Notes: generated by a model not told the origin, from the sequence alone. Numbered from the stretch's first letter, positions 43,624 to 61,628 are shown. The stretch: 64,000 nucleotides of DNA from Chrysomallon squamiferum (GCA_012295275.1 CM022666.1:5022001-5086000), one strand, 5' to 3'. A program made the numbers and translations.

Positions 43624-44445
43624 ATGAGCGAAATAAAGTAAAATCAAATAAAAACAAAAATCAAATAAAATAAAATAAATAAAAATATTTTTTGAAATAA
43701 AATAAGTAAGAATACAAAACTGTAAAAAAGTTAGATAAATAAATAAAGTAAAATATGCTGAATTAAAATTTAAAAAATTTAAAAATAAAAATAAAAAAGT
43801 GATAAAATAAAAATACAAAATGATAAAAGTAAAGTAAAATAAATAAATACATTAAAATATATAAAAATAAATTAATTAATTAAAACAATAAAATAAATGA
43901 AATAAAATTATAATAAGATAAAATAAAATAAAATATATAGAGTAAAATAAAAATAAACAAACAAACCATAAATAGATAAATAAATAAATAAATAAGTAAA
44001 TAAATCAATCAATCAATAAATAAATAAGTAAATAAATAAATAAGTAAGTTCGCGTGCATGTGATAAATAACTGAATAAATTGCTATATTTAAAGCTGCAC
44101 TTTAGAAGATAATAATATTGTACTGAAAACAAACAGAAAATTAAGTTTCCCATAAACTCTTGTTTTATTTCCGTTAACGCGTTGTCCTTCAAACCATATT
44201 TTGATTTGCTCTGAGAAAATATAACCTTATCGAGACAATAAGATGCTTAGAATCAAAAATGAAAACAAAATTAATAATTAAAAGCTGCATAATGTTCGTA
44301 AATAAACTACGTGCATTTATTGCTGGTTGTTATTGTTGTAGTTCTTGTTATTATTAATATTAACATTGCTGTTGTCGTTCAGAGTTCAGCTGGAAAAAAG
44401 CTAAAAAACAACAATGAAAAAACCCAAACAAGAACAATAATAATA

Positions 44446-44491
<46 letters not shown>

Positions 44492-46131
44492 GTGATCTAT
44501 TTAAGAATGTTGCCCTGAGTTGTTTTTATGACAGAAACTAGACTACGTCAAGTACATGTGATGTAAATGATATGCAGTGTTTTGGAGGAGTGTCAAGTTA
44601 ATGTAATAATTGGTGTCTGACCAAGCGTTGCCGACCCCTGAACAGTAGCAGCGTGAATGAAGCAGACAGAGAAATGAGAGCACTCGTTAGATAAACATTT
44701 CACAGACAGCGAGGTCACGTTACCTGTACATTTTTCCGGGACTTTCCAAACAGCTATTTATAAACACTGCTCGTATCCTTTTAAGTATGTGATATGAACA
44801 CGGTTATAAAAGAGCAATATTTAACTTACTGTCTATAAAGAATACAAATTATGCTGCATTAAATGAAAATTAAATCATGTCACTGACTGGTGTATAAGTG
44901 AAAAGTGAGTTGAAAAATGATCTCATTAATTTTACTTGATATATAAAAAAGAAAAGAAGAAAATGATAAATGCAGATCAAGACATTTGACCAAGTGTTGC
45001 CGACATCTGAACACGTAGAGAAAGAGAAAAGAAATGTCTCAGCAATCACAGGTTAGGTAAATATTTCACAAACAGCGGGCTTATTGTAGATCGAGTGAAC
45101 ACGTGGATAGTGCACTTCGAACAAGACGCCTAGACGTCAGTTGTTTATAGTGAATAAAGCAGATAGTTAAATAAGATGTCAGTGTGTACATTTTTCGTGT
45201 ACATTTTTCAGCGACGTCCTTGTAGGCCGGGACTTTCCAAACAGCTATTTATAAACACTGCACGGTCTACATTTAAGTATGTGATATGAACATGGTTATA
45301 TAACAGCAATATTTAGCTTACTGTCTATAAAGTACACAAATTATCCTTTATAAAATAAAAATTAAATCATGTCACTGGTGTATAAGTGAAAAGTGAGTTG
45401 AAAAACATTCTCATTAATTTAACTTGATATTTAAAAAAGAAAAGAAGAAAAAGAAGAAAATTACAAATGCAGAAGAAGACATTTGTTTACATTTAAAGTA
45501 ACTATCCAAGTAATAAAAATTATGAACAGGTGACCAGATGTATCTCTGTAGTCTTTATTTAACAACAACGACAGCAGCAAACAATACTAATTATAATGAT
45601 GATGATGATGATGATGATTATAAATTTAATAGTAGTAGTAGTAACAGCAGAAGCACTTATATAAATAGTAGCAGTAGTGGAAAGAATAATACTAGTAATC
45701 ATGATTATATAGTAATAATATAGCAGTAGTTATAATAATGAAGATGATAGTGGTAATAAAGTTAATGATAATTATGATAGTCATAACAAAATTAACAATG
45801 ATCATGATGATAATAGCGATAATAAAATTAAATTCTGAAATGCTTCTAAAAAAGAAAATTCTTATTGTGATAAAAACAAAAAAATGCTTTAATAGATTGT
45901 TTATTATGCGAATTGTACACGACATTTTAATTCTAACGTATATTTAAACATTTATTACTCTGATCATTTGAATGCATCAGTACATATTGTATAAAAAAAT
46001 CCTTTTTAACTGGATCATCCACTTAACTTGAATTATTCATTGTAAACTAATCAGTGAACATTTAACTTTCATCAGTTAATTTATATAGAAAACCAGTGAT
46101 ATTTAAATATTTATTCACAGAATACATCATA

Positions 46132-46249
<118 letters not shown>

Positions 46250-47247
46250 ACTTCTATACTGAGTATCAAAAAGGGATGCTAGGAAGCAAGGCTGCTTTGA
46301 TCTGGAGATTTAAAGAAAAAAGAAAGTTAATATAATAATTGGTGTCCATGTTTTCAGTTGACAGGTCGGACTAAATTCCTCGCCGACCCTTGGACTACTG
46401 CGCAGTTAACTATTGCATGACCTTATTCAGTGCAGAGTTCAGATGGAAAACAAAACACATCAAGAAAACTAAATTCGTGCCGACTCCTGGACTACTGCAT
46501 GACTTCTGTTCACGTGTTCGGTAAGTGGTACTAACCAATATATGATACTACTATCACATCCCTGGAATTCTAGTGAAGGTTAAGGTCTGTGTACCAACAA
46601 TGAGGGAACTATTAAGAATCACACACACACACACACACACACAGTCACACACATTTTAAAAATATAGTCTTATGATTGCATTCGTTGTATTGCAAATGGC
46701 GTTTTTAACGTAGTTATTGCTTTGTTAGAAAACCGACTAGCATTTCGTTTAAAAAAAAGTAAAGGTATTAATTTATAGCAATAATAATTCATTCATAAGA
46801 ATAACAACAGTCTGTTAGTAAAATTGTGAAACTGAATTTATAATAGTATTAACAATCTACTGTAATGCATTGATAATAATAATAGTAGTCTATTGTAATA
46901 CTGTAATATTGCATTAGTATTAATACGTTGTTATTCAAAATACTGGCAAGAATTCTATTAGAGTATCAAAAATGTTTTAAATAATAAAAGTGTGTGTGTG
47001 TGTGTGTGTGCACAAAAGGATAATAAGAAAAGTAATAGTAATAACAAAACTAATTTCCAATAATAAAAAACAATAGTATCACAGCAATTTTATTTTATAA
47101 TTCCATTGAATATATCAAGTCAGATCCAATCATAAACAACCACAGTAGAACTGAGCAGTTATTTCGTAATTCTTTGTGTTTTAAACTGAACTTAAATTTT
47201 CATCTCTCCCCTAACAATTCCTTGTTCAAGATGTTCGTGTCTTTCTT

Positions 47248-47636
47248 TCAGAGCATATACAGTCCAAAGTAGGTTGTCTGAGGATCTCTCAAAATTCTGT
47301 TCACAAGTGATGTTCTTACCACTACAGTGTCATTGGCTTTCAGGTAGTAAACAGCTCCAATGTAGGAAGCAGCAAAACCTTCCTTGTCTCCTCGTACTTT
47401 GCATGTTGTTTGAGGATTTCTGTAGAGGACTTCATAATTTGGATATTTTTCAATTGAGTGATATGGCCGATAGTATTCAAGCTCTGTGATTTGGTTGGCA
47501 TGGAATAAAACGTTGCTGTATATGAAGTAGTAAGCAGCTTCTTTGACTTGAATCCCGTCAGCGACAACAGCTGCAGCTCCTTTCACAAACGATCTTATAC
47601 CAGACGACGTCCATTTGATGAGAGGCTTCGGTGTGT
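47248..47636 (-). CDS. TNF homology domain exon of copy B (open frame)
   Basis: Intact TTTTCAG acceptor; GIQVKEAAYYFIYSNVLF ... SYIGAVYYLKANDTVVV ... TYFGLYML*. Confidence 0.85.
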
Positions 47637-49019
47637 CTGAAAAGTTTGTAAGAATAAATTACTTTTAAATAATATTTATATTTTGATTTGTCTATTACTA
47701 ATACAAACTCCTGCTATTGATTACTTTAGTACCATCATTCATACTTTAACTACTATCGAGCTAATACCATTGTTATCACAATTTCTAATAGTATTTCCTA
47801 ACCACTTCTAATCACTAAGTGATTACTACTACAACTACTTTCACAAGATCAACATTTTAAGTAACTACTACTATTACTTCTATTTCACTACTACCAGATT
47901 TATTATTAAATCATCTCTTTTAAGTGAGTACAATTACTCTGCTGCTACTACTACTACTACTCTGTGACTACTACTACTACTGCTATTATTACTACTACTA
48001 CTATTACTAGTAATCTACTATAGCTACTACTATTACTACTACTGCTGTTACCACTGCTACTACTATTTGTTTTCTTACTTTTGTCATATGTTGCATTCAC
48101 TTCCATTTGTAGATGAGCCGATGTCTTCACATTGTTTTTATTATTCAGATTGTAAGCGACCTCTCTGACCTGCTTCAATTTTTTTTCGGAAATATATATT
48201 TATACAGACACACATACACACAATTATACATGTATGCATACTTAGACTCGTACACACATAGAGACATATATATAAATACATAATTATAAAACTTTTTGTG
48301 GATATTTAAATATGTGTGGCTCAGTGTTTCTGTTTATGTGTGTGTCTTTTTCCTGGGTATGTTTGTCTGAGTGTGTATGCATGTTTATGATATTTTTTGT
48401 GTGTGTCCGTGTTTATTGACTTTGTCTTTTCATGTATGTCTGGATGTGTATATGTGTGTGTTAACTTACCATTTTTTCAGCTTTTGTATGACTTTCACTC
48501 AGTTTCTAAAAAGAATGTTAATAACCAATTTGAAACAAGTCCACAATAATCAGTTTTAAATTTATAAATATTTTTTAGCACTGTTAATTTCTCTTTTAAT
48601 AACTCAAATATTATTATTTCATTTATAATGAATTTAACTTTTTATTATTTTTATAGAGAATTTACCTCTTTCTTAATTTCATATCTACGTAAACCTTTTC
48701 CTTTTTCTTTTAATGTAGTTCTGGAAATTTTGTTTTTAGAATTTAATACAGAATTTGCCTTTTTCATAATTTCACTGATCACTTTTTCTCCATCACTGTA
48801 ACAGCAATACATAGTATTGTTCCTGGTTCTGTTCCTAGATTTGTGATCACAACAGTTTTCTCCTGGTTTTCACGAGATTTTCACACACAGTTCCTTGTCA
48901 AACAACAAGCTGGTTTCTCTATTCAGAAATTCGTTTAATGTTACAGATACAATGACAAAGATGAGTATGCAGTTTAGTATCATAAGAGAAATGGCAATGA
49001 CAGGAAGAATTAACTTCAT
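47248..49019 (-). pseudogene. TNF superfamily ligand, copy B; disrupted 5' half, open THD exon
   Basis: Exons 49019-48759, 48505-48470, 48186-48079 and 47636-47248. Lesions: TGC>TGA at codon 50 (48872-48870), donor GT>GC at 48758-48757, 1-nt deletion in the mini-exon (36 vs 37 nt), acceptor CAG>CCG at 48189-48187. Confidence 0.8.
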
Positions 49020-50644
49020 TTTCCTACTTTTCTTTTCTTTGTGTTATTGCACTGTATTTATACTGTTATGTAGACATACACAGTTAGCAAATGACCCTTA
49101 AAATGGGTGTTGTGTTTAACTGATAAAAATGTTAGTAGTAATCAATGATACGAAGATAAAAAGACACACACATAGAAAACGGCGCACACAGATAGTACTG
49201 AAACAACAGAATAGTCTTTCAAACAATTAAAATAAGTCTACACGAAAATAATGACACAGCTTGCAAAAATATGTATGCCTTCTACATCCTTTTCTTTACC
49301 GAAATGATTTATATATTTTGTATTACAGACAGTTGCAGTTTACAAGAAAATAATATTGTTTTGAAAAATATATTTTATCAGAGAAACTGGGTTTTTTCCG
49401 ATGGCCTCTTACCCTTGTAATCACATTTTGATTCGGAAAGTTTGCTCTGAGAAAATATAAACTTAACGATAGGAAATCATCACTGAATCTTTAATAATAT
49501 ATTCTTCGCTTTATAAATTACATGGTATGTACTGTATTGTAATATACACATTAATGTATTCATTTATACTCTACACCATAGGACCTCATTTATAAAATGA
49601 TACACAGAATACAAGCTATCTAAAATAATCTGTCTTTATTAATATACACACTAATATATACACAGTAAACTCTACACCATAGGATGATACACAGGATACA
49701 TAATATTTACTATACTGAATCTGTAAGATTATATTCTTGGATATATAAATTATATCTGTGTATTTACTGGAATACTTTCTAATGCTAAATCATTGGATAT
49801 ATAAATTACATGGTATGTACTGCACTCTGTTAATATTTAATCCCTGGATATATATTGTATGTATTTTATTAATCTTTCATACCATTTCCCTGGATATATA
49901 AATTCCATGGCATGTACTGTATTCTCTATTATATAATCTTTAATAGTTTCTACGTGGATATGTAAAATGCATGGTGTGTACTGGAATCTATTAATCTTTA
50001 ATACCATTTCCCTGGAATATAAATTACATGATAAGTACTGTACTCTGTTAATCTTTAATAATGTATCCCTACCTGGATATATAAATGACATGGTATGTAC
50101 TGTACTGGAATAATACTTTATCCTGGATGTTCAAATTACGTCATTCTGTACCTTTTGTTCCATTTCGTTACATATGGATTAAAAAAAGAAATCAACTAAA
50201 AAAGAAGTATTTAAAAATAAATAAATAAACTCACAGGTAATACTTACCATATCATAATGGAGACCCAGTCTTTTGAAACTTTGTTTGGTTAGCACAACCT
50301 CTGACACGTGTACACATAAACAAGGAGACACACAACTACAGTGACAACAGCATTTGGGATACAAATTGATTAGACTACCTGGATGAAAACTAAAACTGAA
50401 ACAAAATATTAACTGTCAAAAAATGTCATCAACAACAATAATTACAATAACAATAACCACCAATATCAACAGCAATAGCAATAATAGTAAAGATATTAAT
50501 AATAATGATATTACGTTAACAACAAGCATTTTTTGAGATAAAGGTCCTTGAGTATTATATATATATATATGCACAACAAGCTTACACTAATACTCATGTA
50601 TTAATAGACATGGACATATAAACAAGGATACACATATCAGACAG

Positions 50645-50709
<65 letters not shown>

Positions 50710-50721
50710 CATACATACATA

Positions 50722-50766
<45 letters not shown>

Positions 50767-50879
50767 CAAGGAGACACACAACTACAGTGACAACAGCATT
50801 TGGGATAAAAAGGTTTTGGACTACCTGCATGAAAACAAAAAATTGAAACAAAATATCAACAGCCAAAAAAATGTCACAA

Positions 50880-54480
<3,601 letters not shown>

Positions 54481-54542
54481 TAATAATGCCTCATAGTACA
54501 CTACAATACAATAATAATGTAATAATCTCTGGGCAATAATAA

Positions 54543-54655
54543 TGTACAGTAATAATGTCTCATAGTACAGTAATAATGTCTCATAGTACAGTAATAATGT
54601 CTCATAGTACAGTAATAATGTCTCATAGTACAGTAATAATAGTCTCATAGTACAG
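54543..54655. repeat. 21-bp minisatellite (TAGTACAGTAATAATGTCTCA) x5 in the 3' region of copy C
   Basis: Exact tandem units; the homologous site behind copy A (~17670-17715) is not expanded. Confidence 0.85.
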
Positions 54656-54846
54656 CAGTACTGATTGAATGAGGCTTCCTCCGCTTCGTTGTTAATTGCT
54701 CTTATTCAGTTCATGTATCGCCAGCAATTATGTAATCATTTTAAACCATATTCCAATAGCATAACTAATTAGTAATGGAACAAATATAAAAATAAATTTA
54801 AAAAGGTTAGATATACCAACATCACAATTCACAAAAAAAAACACAA

Positions 54847-54906
<60 letters not shown>

Positions 54907-55069
54907 CCCCCATTGAAGACTTTAAAGAAAGATTCAAGTATGTCTAATATAAATGTTTCAGGATAATGTTAAAGTAAAAGGTTCGTTTTATATATACAAG
55001 TCCATAGATACAGTGGGCGTACAGAAAATTATATATGAACAGTTATAATTCAGGCCTCTCGTAACAATT

Positions 55070-55729
55070 TTACAGCATATACAGGCCAAAGTAGGTTGTC
55101 TCAGGATCTCTCAAAATGTTCTTCACAACTGATGTTCTCACCACTACAGTGTCATTGGCTTTCAGGTAGTAAACAGCTCCAATGTAGGAAGGAACAAAAC
55201 CTTCCTGATATTTTCGTACTTTGCATGTTGTTTGAGGATTTCTGTAGAGGACTTCATAATTTGGATATTTTTCAATTGAGTGACACAGCCTAGCGTATTC
55301 TAGCTCTCTCATTTGGTTGGCATGGAATAAAACGTTGCTGTATATGAAGTAGTAAGCAGCTTCTTTGACTTGAATCCCGTCAGCGACAACAGCAGCAGCT
55401 CCTTTCACAAACGATCTTTTACCAGACGACGTCCATTTGATGAGAGGCTTCGGTGTGTCTGAAAAGTTTGTAAGAATAAATTATTTTTAAATAATATTTT
55501 TATTTTAAATTGTCAACAGTTGTAATTAATATTACTAATATATTTCTATAACTACTACAAACTCCTGCTGTTGACTACTTTAGTACCATCATTGATATTT
55601 TTACTACTAACGTCCTAATACTATTGTTATCACAGTTTCTTCTATTATTTCCTAACCACTACTAATAACTATGTGGTTAGTACTACAACTACTTTTACCA
55701 GTGCTACTAATACTACTACTACTACTATG

Positions 55730-55821
<92 letters not shown>

Positions 55822-56137
55822 TTACTACTACGGCTAACACTGCTTCTACTATTTGCTTTCTTACTTTTGTCATATGTTGCAGTGACATCCATTTGTAGAT
55901 GAGCCGATGTCTTCACATTGTTTTTATTATTCAGATTGTAAGCGGCCTCTCTGATCTGTTTAAGTTTCTGTTCTGAAATATATATATATATATACAGACA
56001 CATGTAGACTACTGATACATGTATAAATATATAGATTCATACATACATACATAGATTCGTACACATTGTTTTTATTATCTGAATTCAAAAGATCAGCGAC
56101 ATCTCTGAGCTGCTTTAGTTTTGGTTCTAAAACACAC

Positions 56138-56177
<40 letters not shown>

Positions 56178-56953
56178 AATATACATTTGTACATGTTTAC
56201 ATACTTAGACTATACACAAATATGCACGAACATACAAATACATAATTATAAACACTTTTGTGGATATTTAAATATGTGTGCCTGAATGTTTCTGTTTGTG
56301 TGTGGATCCTTTTCTGTGTATCTGTCTGTGTTTGTGTATGTATGTGTTTATGATTTTCTTGTGTGTATCTGTGTTTCTGCGACTTTGTGTTTTTATGTAT
56401 GTCTGTGTGTGTATGTGTCTGTGTTAACTTACCACTTTTCTCAGCTTTTGTGTGACTTTCGCTCAGTTTCTACAAAGAATAACCAACTTGAAACTAAATA
56501 AATATTTTTCAGCACTATTAATTTCTCCTTTTCATAATTCAAATATTATTTCATTTATAAAGAATTTAACTTTTTATTATTTTTATAGAGGATTACCTTG
56601 TTTCTTAATTTCATATCTACAGAAAACAATATTTTTTTTCCATTTAATGTATTTATGGAATATAAGTTTTTAAAACTAAATACAGAATTTACCTTTTTCA
56701 TAATTTCACTGATCATTTTTTCTCCATCTCTGTAACAGCAATACGTGGTATTGTTCCTGGTTCTGGTCGTAGATTTGTCATCACAGCAGTTTTCTCCTGG
56801 TTTGCACGAGATTTTCAGACACAGTTCCTTGTCAAACAACAAGTTGGTTTCTCTGTTCAGAAATTCGTTTAATGTTCCAGATGCAATGAAACTGATGAGT
56901 ATGAAGTTTAGTACCATAAGAGAAATGGCAATGACTGGACGAACTGGTACCAT
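55070..56953 (-). CDS. TNF superfamily ligand, copy C; intact, 264 aa, type II membrane protein with Cys-rich stalk
   Basis: Exons 56953-56693 (261 nt), 56469-56433 (37), 55972-55865 (108) and 55458-55070 (389) total 795 nt with GT-AG borders, matched phases and no stops. Anchor VIAISLMVLNFILISFIA, stalk C-x4-C-x5-CC-x14-CC, THD from SAHL to TYFGLYML. Confidence 0.9.
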
Positions 56954-57382
56954 TTTGTGTAACAACTTTTATTTCCTTTACAAGTAATCTGTAAAACATA
57001 ACCCAAAGAAAACAAAAAGTTATTAGTAATAAATAATACCAAGATAAATACACACACCCGCACACGTACACAGATACAATATACACACACTTATATAACA
57101 CATTATTTCAGCAAACCAAAAATATACACTTGTACATACACAAATATGAAACTTAAAAAATTCACATACAATATACACACGTACATATAGTTCTGTATAA
57201 TATTCTTTCAAAGAAAAAAGTTAAATAAATAATATCAAGATATATTTACATTGATAATATTCCTAGGCGATGTCAAAAAAATTAAAATAAAAAAATAGCA
57301 AAGGTTTCTCTTTTGAAAATGCGAGGCCTGATTTATCAATTTTCAGTGAATGCCTTGTAAGCCACTGTGTACAAATACTCAC

Positions 57383-57510
57383 CACTGAAATCCAATATGA
57401 CAGCACAGCGATGTGTAATGAAACAGATAATCCTCCTGATGAAGACCTTGGTATCTGATGCCACAAAATTTGTTTCCAGTTGTTGAGGAGTGTAAGGAGT
57501 AGAGTTTTTC
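57383..57510 (-). other. Putative non-coding first exon of copy C; start approximate
   Basis: Homologous to 14880-15004, with donor GTGAGT at 57382 and acceptor at 56989, 35 nt before the ATG as in copy A. Confidence 0.55.
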
Positions 57511-58242
57511 GTCCGAAGTTATTTTTATCACTGGAAAGAGGTAGGATTTTAAAGAAATAATTAAAAATAAATATATTGTTTTTTTCTTAAAATAAATGTA
57601 TAGGGAAAAGTGTGACGGTAGACTGGCAATCAAAGATGTAATAATGAAGACAATATAACAAAATTAAAGTAAGCGAAAAACAGCTTGAGATCGCAAAGCG
57701 CGCAGTAAATATTCCATACCGTGAAATGAAATAAACATCCAATCAAGTGGAAGTATTTTGATCAGGTGACTAACCAAGGCGATGATGGCTTATTTGCAGT
57801 TTCTACCGCCAAATCATTTTATTTTTAAGTTAGAAAACAGTTCGGGCTCGATAGATTTTGATGGTTTAATTAAATCACTAAAATGTGTTTTTGTTGTGAA
57901 AAATTCAAAAACAAACAACAGCACTCGGTGAACTCGGGTAGGGCTTAATAGCGGAAAGTTCTACGTTCAGCGGACAAATTTGACAAGCCAGACCGTATCG
58001 ACCTTACGGGGATTTTTTTTTTTTTTTTTTTTTTTAATTTTTTTTCAAATTAAGATAATATCACTTAATATTATACAAATGAAATTAGGGCGTGGAAAAA
58101 TCCTAAACAGCAAAATGAACTGGTACATTAAGGTGCACATTTTCGGTGTAATATCAGTTAATATTACAAGTCGGTGTAATATCACTTAATATTATACTAT
58201 ACACATGAAATTAGGGCGTGCATAAATCCTAAACAGCATAGT

Positions 58243-58462
58243 GAAATTATAATTTTATATAAATATATATAACCTATGAAATAAGTGAAATTATAATTTT
58301 ATATAAATATATATAACCTATGAAATAAATGAAATTATAATTTTATATAAATATATATAACCTATGAAATAAGTGAAATTATAATTTTATATAAATATAT
58401 ATAACATATGAAAAAAGTGAAATTATAATTTTATATAAATATATATAACCTATGAAATAAGT
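58243..58462. repeat. 44-bp minisatellite x5 upstream of copy C
   Basis: GAAATTATAATTTTATATAAATATATATAACCTATGAAATAAGT at 58243, 58287, 58331, 58375 and 58419. Confidence 0.9.
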
Positions 58463-59177
58463 AAAACATTTACTTACCTAAATCAGGCTGCCTCTGTGTT
58501 TATAGTGGAGTGAAGCACGTCTACGCTCTTTGACAGGCTTCGTTGACTTTTATACCAGCAGATTTTGAAAATATCGCATCATATTCTCTACCAGCTCACT
58601 CGATCATTTTTGATTGGCTAAGAGGAAATGTCGTCTGCTTTATTTAAATTTATTGCTTAATGTTTTTTCTTCTGTGGTTTTTAATTTTTCGCTATAGATT
58701 TCGTATAGTCATTTAATATACTATGAATAATATGAGCAAAGTCATTATATGTATTTTTTTGTCTGTTTGTATTGTTCATAAATAAGCTACATATTATAGT
58801 AGTTATTGTTATAATAGTAGTAGTAATAGTGGTAGTTGTTGTTGTAGTTGTGGTAATAATAGTAGCTGTTGTTGTTGCGGTTGCTTTTGTCGTTATTCTT
58901 AAATAAAGAGTACAGCGTAACTTCTATTCCTGTGTCAACTAAGCCATACACAACAAAAGGAAAACATGTAGTCTGTGTATCACACAGTGGAAAGTTCCAG
59001 CCCGGATTTGTCATCTTACAAGTAATCGGAATAAATAAGTGTAGTCATCCATCTATTATTACAGGGCCAGGAATATAAAATGTCTCAGAAATATCTTCCA
59101 GTGACAGAAGAATCTTCTGTTTGTAAATGTCACTTGTATCATGACTGTTGATTCGGTCTGCTTAATAAATAAATAAG

Positions 59178-59208
<31 letters not shown>

Positions 59209-59329
59209 ATGAGCGAAATAAAGTAAAATTAAATAAAAACAAAAATAAATGAAAATAATTATTTGAAATAAAACAAATAAGAATAAAAAATTGTAAAAAG
59301 TAAATTAAAATAAATAAATAAAATAAAAT

Positions 59330-59529
59330 NNNNNNNNNNNNNNNNNNNNNNNNNNNNNNNNNNNNNNNNNNNNNNNNNNNNNNNNNNNNNNNNNNNNNNN
59401 NNNNNNNNNNNNNNNNNNNNNNNNNNNNNNNNNNNNNNNNNNNNNNNNNNNNNNNNNNNNNNNNNNNNNNNNNNNNNNNNNNNNNNNNNNNNNNNNNNNN
59501 NNNNNNNNNNNNNNNNNNNNNNNNNNNNN
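59330..59529. other. Assembly gap (200 N)
   Basis: Run of N. Confidence 1.
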
Positions 59530-60720
59530 CCATTACATACAAACACACATGTATAGACACATACCACACACACAAACATGTAAACACATAGAGACAGGCA
59601 TACACATACCTACCATTACATACAAAACACACATGTACAGACACATACCACACACACAAACATGTAAACACATAGAGACAGAGAGACACATACCTACCAT
59701 TACATACAAAACACACATGTATAGACACATACCACACACACAAACATGTAAACACATAGAGACAGGCATACACATACCTACCATTACATACAAAACACAC
59801 ATGTACAGACACACCACACACACAAACATGTAAACACATAGAGACAGGCACAAACATTACATAAACACATGCACAGACACATACCACACACACAAACATG
59901 TAAACACATAGAGACAGACAGACACATACCTAGCATTACATACAAAACACACATACACAGACACATACCACACACACAAACATGTAAACACATAGAGACA
60001 GGCATACACATACCTACCATTACATACAAAACACACATACACAGACACATACCACACACACAAACATGTAAACACATAGAGACAGTCATACACATACATA
60101 CCATTACCTACAAAACACACATACACATACACATACCACACACATACAGACAGGCATACACATACCTACCATTACATACAAAACACTCATGCACAGACAC
60201 ATACCACACACACAAACATGTAAACACATAGAGACAGGCATACACATACCTACCATTACATACAAAACACACATACACAGACACATACCACACACACAAA
60301 CATGTAAACACATAGAGACAGGCATACACATACATACCATTACCTACAAAACACACATACCACACACACAAACATGTAGACACATAGAGACAGGCATACA
60401 CATACATACCATTACCTACAAAACACACATACACAGACACATACCACACACACAAACATGTAAACACACAGAGACATGAATACACATACCTACCATTACA
60501 TACAAAACACACATGTATAGGCACATACCACACACACAAATATGTAAACACATAGAGACAGGCATACACATACCTACCATTACATACAAAACACACATGC
60601 ACAGACACATACCACACACACAAACATGTAAACACATAGAGACAGGCATACACATACCTACCATCACATACAAAACGCACATACACATACACAAACCACA
60701 CACAGAAAGATACACACAAA
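59530..60720. repeat. 84-bp CA-rich tandem repeat, roughly 14 units, abutting the gap
   Basis: Period of 84 (59611 to 59695); gives the 28-aa periodic ORFs (MYRHIPHTQTCKHIETGIHIPTITYKTH). Confidence 0.9.
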
Positions 60721-60845
60721 CACGATGTGCATATGCATGTACAGTAACACATATACATACTCACAAACATACATTAACACATTCCAAACCAGTACACAAC
60801 ATTTCAACACACACCTGTACAGAGACAGGTAAACTTAATGCTCAC

Positions 60846-60985
60846 CTGAATATAGAATTTCTTAACACCTAGTCGAATATCTTCAAACAGAGTTTTAGGT
60901 TCTAAGTTTTCTCTCAATATACGTCATCGTTACCTTCATCATCAGCTGTCAAGATGATTCACTTGTTTGTATTACAGAAATACTG
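60846..60985 (-). pseudogene. Decayed paralog of the exon at 3-50 (..PKTLFEDIRLGVKKFYIQ|gtgagc)
   Basis: Clear nucleotide similarity to 1-70 including the donor and intron start; stops upstream. Confidence 0.5.
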
Positions 60986-61024
60986 TGTGTGTGATAATGT
61001 ATGCAAATAAAACTTCTCAGTATT

Positions 61025-61130
<106 letters not shown>

Positions 61131-61502
61131 GTTTCTTTACAAAAGTCGAGAATACCTGAGAACTGTTTAACACAATGTTAAAACAAAGATTAGTTTTCAA
61201 CAGGATAACGTAAAGAGTATTTTACAGAGATACTACTAATTGTAACAGAATTGATTACAATTATAAATAGTCTACAGCTGATTTAGTGCACTATAAATAA
61301 ATAAATAAGTAAAAGGCGAAGAAAGGTATTCACTGTTCGATGTGTGTGTGTGCGTACGTGCGTTTGAGTGAGACACAGAGTCAGAGTACAGAGTACGAGA
61401 AAGAAACGAAAAGTTTTCAATCTGTAAAACAGAGCAAATCTAAAGTTTTTAATATCATATCTTTATTTAATAAATTTTATTCAACATTATTATTAATATT
61501 AC

Positions 61503-61570
<68 letters not shown>

Positions 61571-61575
61571 CTTTA

Positions 61576-61628
<53 letters not shown>

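Noticed and set aside
55070-56953. Assigning a vertebrate gene symbol (TNF, TNFSF10, FASLG, EDA) or eiger
   Set aside because: Family membership is clear, but orthology cannot be determined without phylogeny.
59530-60720. Cys-rich periodic ORFs; possible CRISPR-like array
   Set aside because: An 84-bp CA-rich tandem repeat with no unique spacers, in a eukaryotic context with no cas genes.
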